Origin: Candidatus Peribacteria bacterium
Lineage (GTDB): Bacteria; Patescibacteriota; Gracilibacteria; Peribacterales; Peribacteraceae
Reading direction: 5' to 3'
Assembly: GCA_023245765.1 (NCBI GenBank)
Contig: JAHFJP010000004.1
Span: 375-64,374, forward strand
Length of the DNA stretch: 64,000 nucleotides
The notes below the pieces were generated by a model. The model did not search any database, had not been told where the DNA came from, and worked only from the letters and a program-made list of their open reading frames with translations. Numbering within the stretch: the first letter of the stretch is position 1; each line of letters starts with the position of its first letter. A program made the translations under genes and the position numbers. Below are positions 60,011 to 64,000 of this stretch, piece by piece.

Positions 60011-61408
60011 ATGCACACCAAAACCGACATCCTTCTGGCTGCGTTTGTGATGGCACTGCTGATGCCGTGGAATGTCTTGACGCAGGGAACGGGACCGACC
60101 GCCGGAGCGGACGCGCTGTTTCAAAAAGGGGAGGCATTTGAACAGGATCTCGTCATCACCGCGTACTACTCACCGTTGCCGGATCAATGTTGCTACATCA
60201 GAGGAAGTCTTTCGGCGGATATCGAGCTCAATGGTGAGGGTCATCATGGCGCCGATGGCACCGAGGTCTATCCGGGAATGGTCGCCGCGCCGCCGAGTTA
60301 CCCGTTTGGTACGCGCATCATTCTGCCGGGGATCGGCACTGTCACGGTGCACGATCGTGGCGGTGCGATTCAGGAATGGAAGAGTGCACATCGGCTCGAT
60401 CTCTGGGCGGGTTACGGAGAAGAAGGCCTCGCACGAGCGATTGCGTTCGGTGTGAAGAGAGTGCATGCAGTCGTGTATCCGCCAGGGACGCCACAGCCGA
60501 CGGAGTCCATTGATCTCGCCGCACTCGAAGCTCCTCCGGATCAGCTGCGCCCGTATTTATCAGACACGACGACGCTCCTCGATATCCACGCCGAGCTCGG
60601 ACAGAAAACGGCATCGGTCGTGTTCCTGCAGGAGCGTCTCAAAGCAGTCGGATATTTTGATGAGAACGTGAACGGCTTTTTTGGTCCGGCGACCCAGAAA
60701 AGTCTCGCGGGTTTCCTCAAAGATATGGCGCTCGCCGAGCCCGATACAACGCTGACCGAAATCTCTGCCGCGCATCTGGAAGCCGCTTTCCGCCGCGTTG
60801 ATGCCGTGGATCCCATTGCGTTTCCCGTGGATCCCGAGAGCGCTCCGGCGCGTGTGGCGGAGGCACAGCGGACGTTGCGGTTCCTCGGTGCCTACAATGG
60901 CCGCAGCAATGGTCTCTACGACAAGCCATTCAAGGATGCCGTCCTCGCGTTCCAGAAAAATCAGGGCATCGTCGTGTCGGATTCCGCGGCAGGTGCTGGG
61001 AGAATCGGGCCGCAGACGCGCGCGCGAATCATTGCGCTGTGGCGACGCAAGCTTGCCGGCATCGGTGCGACGCGGCTGATCGCCATGCGGAAGATCGATC
61101 AGATCATCGCGAAGCGCGGATTTGATCTTCGTCAGTACCTCGGCAAAGGCGACCATGGCGACGACGTCCGCGCGCTCCAGAAGCTCCTTGCTTCGAAAGG
61201 CTATCTTGAGAACGAAAACGTGACGGGCAAGTTCGGAGCGCAGACGGAACTGGCGCTCATCGCGTACCAGAAAGATTCCGGCATCATCGCCGACGCGTCC
61301 GATGCGGGTGCGGGCTATGCAGGACCAGCGACGCTTGCGCGGTATCGGCAGGATGTCCGTCATTCCCTGATTCAAATCGTCCGTGCGCGCGGCTGGAATG
61401 CAATCTAA
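60011..61408 (+). CDS. 3D-domain lytic transglycosylase-like protein with peptidoglycan-binding domains
   Basis: ITAYYS, AAP..YPFGT, VHDRGGAI, RLDLW; PG-binding repeats (G.FGPAT, G.FG..TE.AL..YQ). Confidence 0.88.
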   Translation: MHTKTDILLAAFVMALLMPWNVLTQGTGPTAGADALFQKGEAFEQDLVITAYYSPLPDQCCYIRGSLSADIELNGEGHHGADGTEVYPGMVAAPPSYPFGTRIILPGIGTVTVHDRGGAIQEWKSAHRLDLWAGYGEEGLARAIAFGVKRVHAVVYPPGTPQPTESIDLAALEAPPDQLRPYLSDTTTLLDIHAELGQKTASVVFLQERLKAVGYFDENVNGFFGPATQKSLAGFLKDMALAEPDTTLTEISAAHLEAAFRRVDAVDPIAFPVDPESAPARVAEAQRTLRFLGAYNGRSNGLYDKPFKDAVLAFQKNQGIVVSDSAAGAGRIGPQTRARIIALWRRKLAGIGATRLIAMRKIDQIIAKRGFDLRQYLGKGDHGDDVRALQKLLASKGYLENENVTGKFGAQTELALIAYQKDSGIIADASDAGAGYAGPATLARYRQDVRHSLIQIVRARGWNAI

Positions 61409-61419
61409 TGTGATGCGTC

Positions 61420-61482
61420 GCACGGCTTTTTAAGCCGTGCGGCTACAGCACGACCACCCTACTCACGGCTTGAAAAGCCGTG
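61420..61482. repeat. CACGGCTT/AAGCCGTG paired palindromes
   Basis: Two hairpins: CACGGCTT-TTT-AAGCCGTG and CACGGCTT-GAA-AAGCCGTG. Confidence 0.7.
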
Positions 61483-61517
61483 ACACCCACCCCTCCCACC
61501 TCTATCATTGTTTCCTC

Positions 61518-62591
61518 ATGCGCCGCTTGATCCTCGGTCTCTTTTTGGCGTTGTCCGTTCTCCCATCTCTTGCAGCCGCGCAGTCTCCGGCGCTCACCCG
61601 CCGAGATGGATTTCTGCTGCTCTGGAACAGTATTCATCGCAAGATCGAAGACAATCGCGAGAAGCCGTTCACGGACGTTCCGAAGGGTTCGTCAGGCTTT
61701 GATGAAATCACCTACGCGAAGTACCGCGGCATCCTCGATGATGATGAAAATTTTCACCCCGACAATCCACTACTGCTTTCGGACGCTCTGCTCTGGCTCT
61801 ATCGGACGCGCAGCGTGGATGATCTCTCCCGGCTGGCAGTGAATGATCTCCCGGCGCTCCTGCTGCGCTATCCTCTCGGAGAATTTGTCGAGCGCGTTGC
61901 CGGGGAAAAGCGTGATGAAACCCGCGTCATTTCTCGCCCAGTAAGCGAAGATGAATTGCTCTCCCTGATGCGGAAAATCGACGATCTTCTTGTTCACGAG
62001 GATCATGAAGTCAGCCTCTATGGAGAGAAGTTCCAAGGGAAGGGGACGGCCTTCGGCGAAACATTCGACATGAACGCGTTCACTGCCGCGCACCGGACCT
62101 TCCCGTACAACACACTCGTGAAGGTGACGAACATCGCGAACGGAAAATCCGTCACCGTCCGGATCAACGATCGCGGGCCGTATGTGGAGGGTCGCGACAT
62201 GGATTTGAGCGTTGCAGGATTCACCGCGATCGAAGATCGTTCCAAGGGTGTGCTGCGCGCCACGTTCCAGCGCCTGGGGGATGCGACGCTCGTCGGGCAA
62301 TGTTCAGATTCTGATCCGAGGCGCGCGATTCGCATCACCAAAGACGTCCGTCTCATCGGCGGCGTTCCGGCCACGCTCCCGCTCGGCAAAGATCTTGTTT
62401 TCCGCTCCACGCGGGCGTTCGTTCTGCGTTCTGTCCGGTATCCCGATGGCACCGTGACCTCACTCGAAGACTGGATTCTCCCGGGCGAGTCGCATCCGTT
62501 CACTCCGTCCGTCCAAGGCGAGTATCTGTTCACGCTCGGATCGAAAGAGGGGAGGAAGAGAGAGTTGAGAATGGTGGTGGTATCTTGCTGA
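61518..62591 (+). CDS. RlpA-family lytic transglycosylase with SLH domain
   Basis: FTDVP SLH; TAFGETFDMNAFTAAHRT.P.NT.VKVTN...VRINDRGPY. Confidence 0.9.
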   Translation: MRRLILGLFLALSVLPSLAAAQSPALTRRDGFLLLWNSIHRKIEDNREKPFTDVPKGSSGFDEITYAKYRGILDDDENFHPDNPLLLSDALLWLYRTRSVDDLSRLAVNDLPALLLRYPLGEFVERVAGEKRDETRVISRPVSEDELLSLMRKIDDLLVHEDHEVSLYGEKFQGKGTAFGETFDMNAFTAAHRTFPYNTLVKVTNIANGKSVTVRINDRGPYVEGRDMDLSVAGFTAIEDRSKGVLRATFQRLGDATLVGQCSDSDPRRAIRITKDVRLIGGVPATLPLGKDLVFRSTRAFVLRSVRYPDGTVTSLEDWILPGESHPFTPSVQGEYLFTLGSKEGRKRELRMVVVSC

Positions 62592-63122
62592 TCAATTGGT
62601 CTCGATGATTCTTCTCGCATTCTCACGGTCACGCAGCCCGAATTCAAAACCCAGTGCCAGAGTTTTATTCAAAACACTGGCGAATGTCGCAGACATATCC
62701 CTGATCGTTTTTTCAAGTTCAACCAGTTCCGGCATCGAACCACTTGTGATCCCTTCACTCTCTGGATCAACACTGACTGATCCTCTTCCACTCGCTGCGA
62801 AAGAAATTCCTTGCGAGAATTGCGCACCCAAGACCAGGAAGATTTTTCGTCCAAACGTCGCCAGCAGTTGTTCAAAGGCTGCCGCTTCGTCCTCATTCAT
62901 CGGTACGCATGAAATATGTACCAGTTCTCTGCCGAATTGTTTCAAAAAGGGATGTAACAATTTGATGGCACCATCAATCGAATCTTCTTCCAGCGTATCA
63001 GCAGAAACAGCATGATTCCGATTTTTTTCGGCTGAAATGTATACACACAGCATCAATGGCATTAAAACATAAAAATTATTATTGTGCAATTTCTGCTTCG
63101 GCAGAGAAGCCATCTTCCTCAA
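62592..63122 (-). CDS. Hypothetical protein
   Basis: AT-rich ORF; start uncertain. Confidence 0.5.
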   Translation of the reverse strand: MRKMASLPKQKLHNNNFYVLMPLMLCVYISAEKNRNHAVSADTLEEDSIDGAIKLLHPFLKQFGRELVHISCVPMNEDEAAAFEQLLATFGRKIFLVLGAQFSQGISFAASGRGSVSVDPESEGITSGSMPELVELEKTIRDMSATFASVLNKTLALGFEFGLRDRENARRIIETN

Positions 63123-63175
63123 AAATGCTTTTTCTGCTATAATTAACAGATTTCCCCGTACCCAAAAAAGACCCT

Positions 63176-64000
63176 GTGGTCACGTTCCTCCGCATCCTCA
63201 TCTGGCCCATCGCGCTGCTGACCATCGAGATCGTCAGCCGCTTCCTCGGCTCTGATTTCCTCGAATGGGTATGGCACTGGTACATCCAGCATCCGTTCTG
63301 GAATTTGCTGATGCTCTGGTGTTACTGGGAGGTCTGGAAACTCGTGGTCTTCGACATGCGCTTCTACTACGCGTGGTGGAAGGCAAAATCGCTCGTATCA
63401 CTCAAGGTTCTGCTGCCGCGCAGCGACAGCAAAATCGATCAGGAGAAGCGCACCGAGAAAGACTTCAAGGAAAAAGTGGCGGTGATGGAGCAGCTCTACC
63501 GCGCGCTCTGGGAGGTCAAGAACCTGAGCTTCTGGCAGCTGATTCATTTCTGGATCTTCCGGTACGCGACGATGTGCTTTGAGATGTACGTCGAAAAGGG
63601 CGAACTCGCGTTCTACGTCATCACGCAGCCGAGTCTCGTTTCGATCGTCGAAAAGCAGATCACGTCGTTTTACTCCGATGCCGAAGTGACGCTCCAGAAG
63701 ACGCCCGAAATCTGGACCAAGGGCAGCAAGCTCGTCGGCTACAACATGCGCACGCGCAAGTCGTGGGCGTACCCAATCCGCTTCTACGAGGAAATGCAGG
63801 ACGATCCGCTCAACGATATCGCCAACGTTCTGAGCAAACTTCTGCCGGACGAAGAGGCATGTATCCAGCTGATCATCACGCCGGTTTTCAGTGATTCGTG
63901 GAGCGCCAAGGTCAAGCGGTACGCAAGCATGAAGTTCAAAGGCAAGAACGACAGCTGGGCCGGCCGGATTCCGATTCTCTCGACTCTCGTGAAAGTGTTC
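63176..64000 (+). CDS. Second VirB4/TraD-like ATPase paralog, N-terminal part (runs off the window)
   Basis: Frame open from GTG 63176; VEKQITSFYSDA and DPLNDIANVLSKL match VEKQITSFYPDA and DPLNTITNAFSKL of 20929-23415; upstream TGcTATAAT. Confidence 0.85.
   Translation, partial: MVTFLRILIWPIALLTIEIVSRFLGSDFLEWVWHWYIQHPFWNLLMLWCYWEVWKLVVFDMRFYYAWWKAKSLVSLKVLLPRSDSKIDQEKRTEKDFKEKVAVMEQLYRALWEVKNLSFWQLIHFWIFRYATMCFEMYVEKGELAFYVITQPSLVSIVEKQITSFYSDAEVTLQKTPEIWTKGSKLVGYNMRTRKSWAYPIRFYEEMQDDPLNDIANVLSKLLPDEEACIQLIITPVFSDSWSAKVKRYASMKFKGKNDSWAGRIPILSTLVKVF

Noticed and set aside
61437..61517. His-rich N-terminal extension or second His leader before rlpA
   Set aside because: It arises from reading through a palindromic repeat, has no terminator, and the signal peptide starts at 61518

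Overview
A 64-kb chromosomal segment of a bacterium using the standard genetic code (for example, atpD ends in TGA). The gene repertoire points to a Patescibacteria/CPR organism, most likely Peribacteria/Peregrinibacteria-like; this is inferred from the Cys-rich DUF4215-type proteins, SLH proteins, sortase, TrbC/VirB2-like pilin, two VirB4/TraD-like ATPases, RNHCP protein and many apparently leaderless genes. Housekeeping genes are fusA, ribD, nrdJ, ychF, rpsB-tsf, glyQS, an ATP synthase cluster in N-ATPase-like order, a P-type ATPase, rpsU, gyrB, hisS and tRNA-His. These are interspersed with orphan or degenerate ORFs and several families of palindromic or tandem intergenic repeats, some of which lie in frame inside coding sequences. 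Four signals stand out. (1) A 72-nt non-canonical tRNA-like gene with an alanine-type acceptor stem lies beside a divergently transcribed ~65-nt small RNA that is complementary to its D/anticodon region. (2) An apparent histidine-sensing regulon comprises a YerC/TrpR-like repressor, three related operators (its own promoter, hisS, and a methyltransferase plus 2OG-Fe(II) oxygenase operon) and a His-rich leader-peptide attenuator. (3) A Leu-rich leader attenuator precedes a catalytically degenerate LeuA homolog. (4) An OPR/RAP-like protein gene is inserted antisense within the atp cluster. No CRISPR array, rRNA, integrase or transposase was seen. All calls come from reading the sequence by eye; no database searches or folding programs were run.
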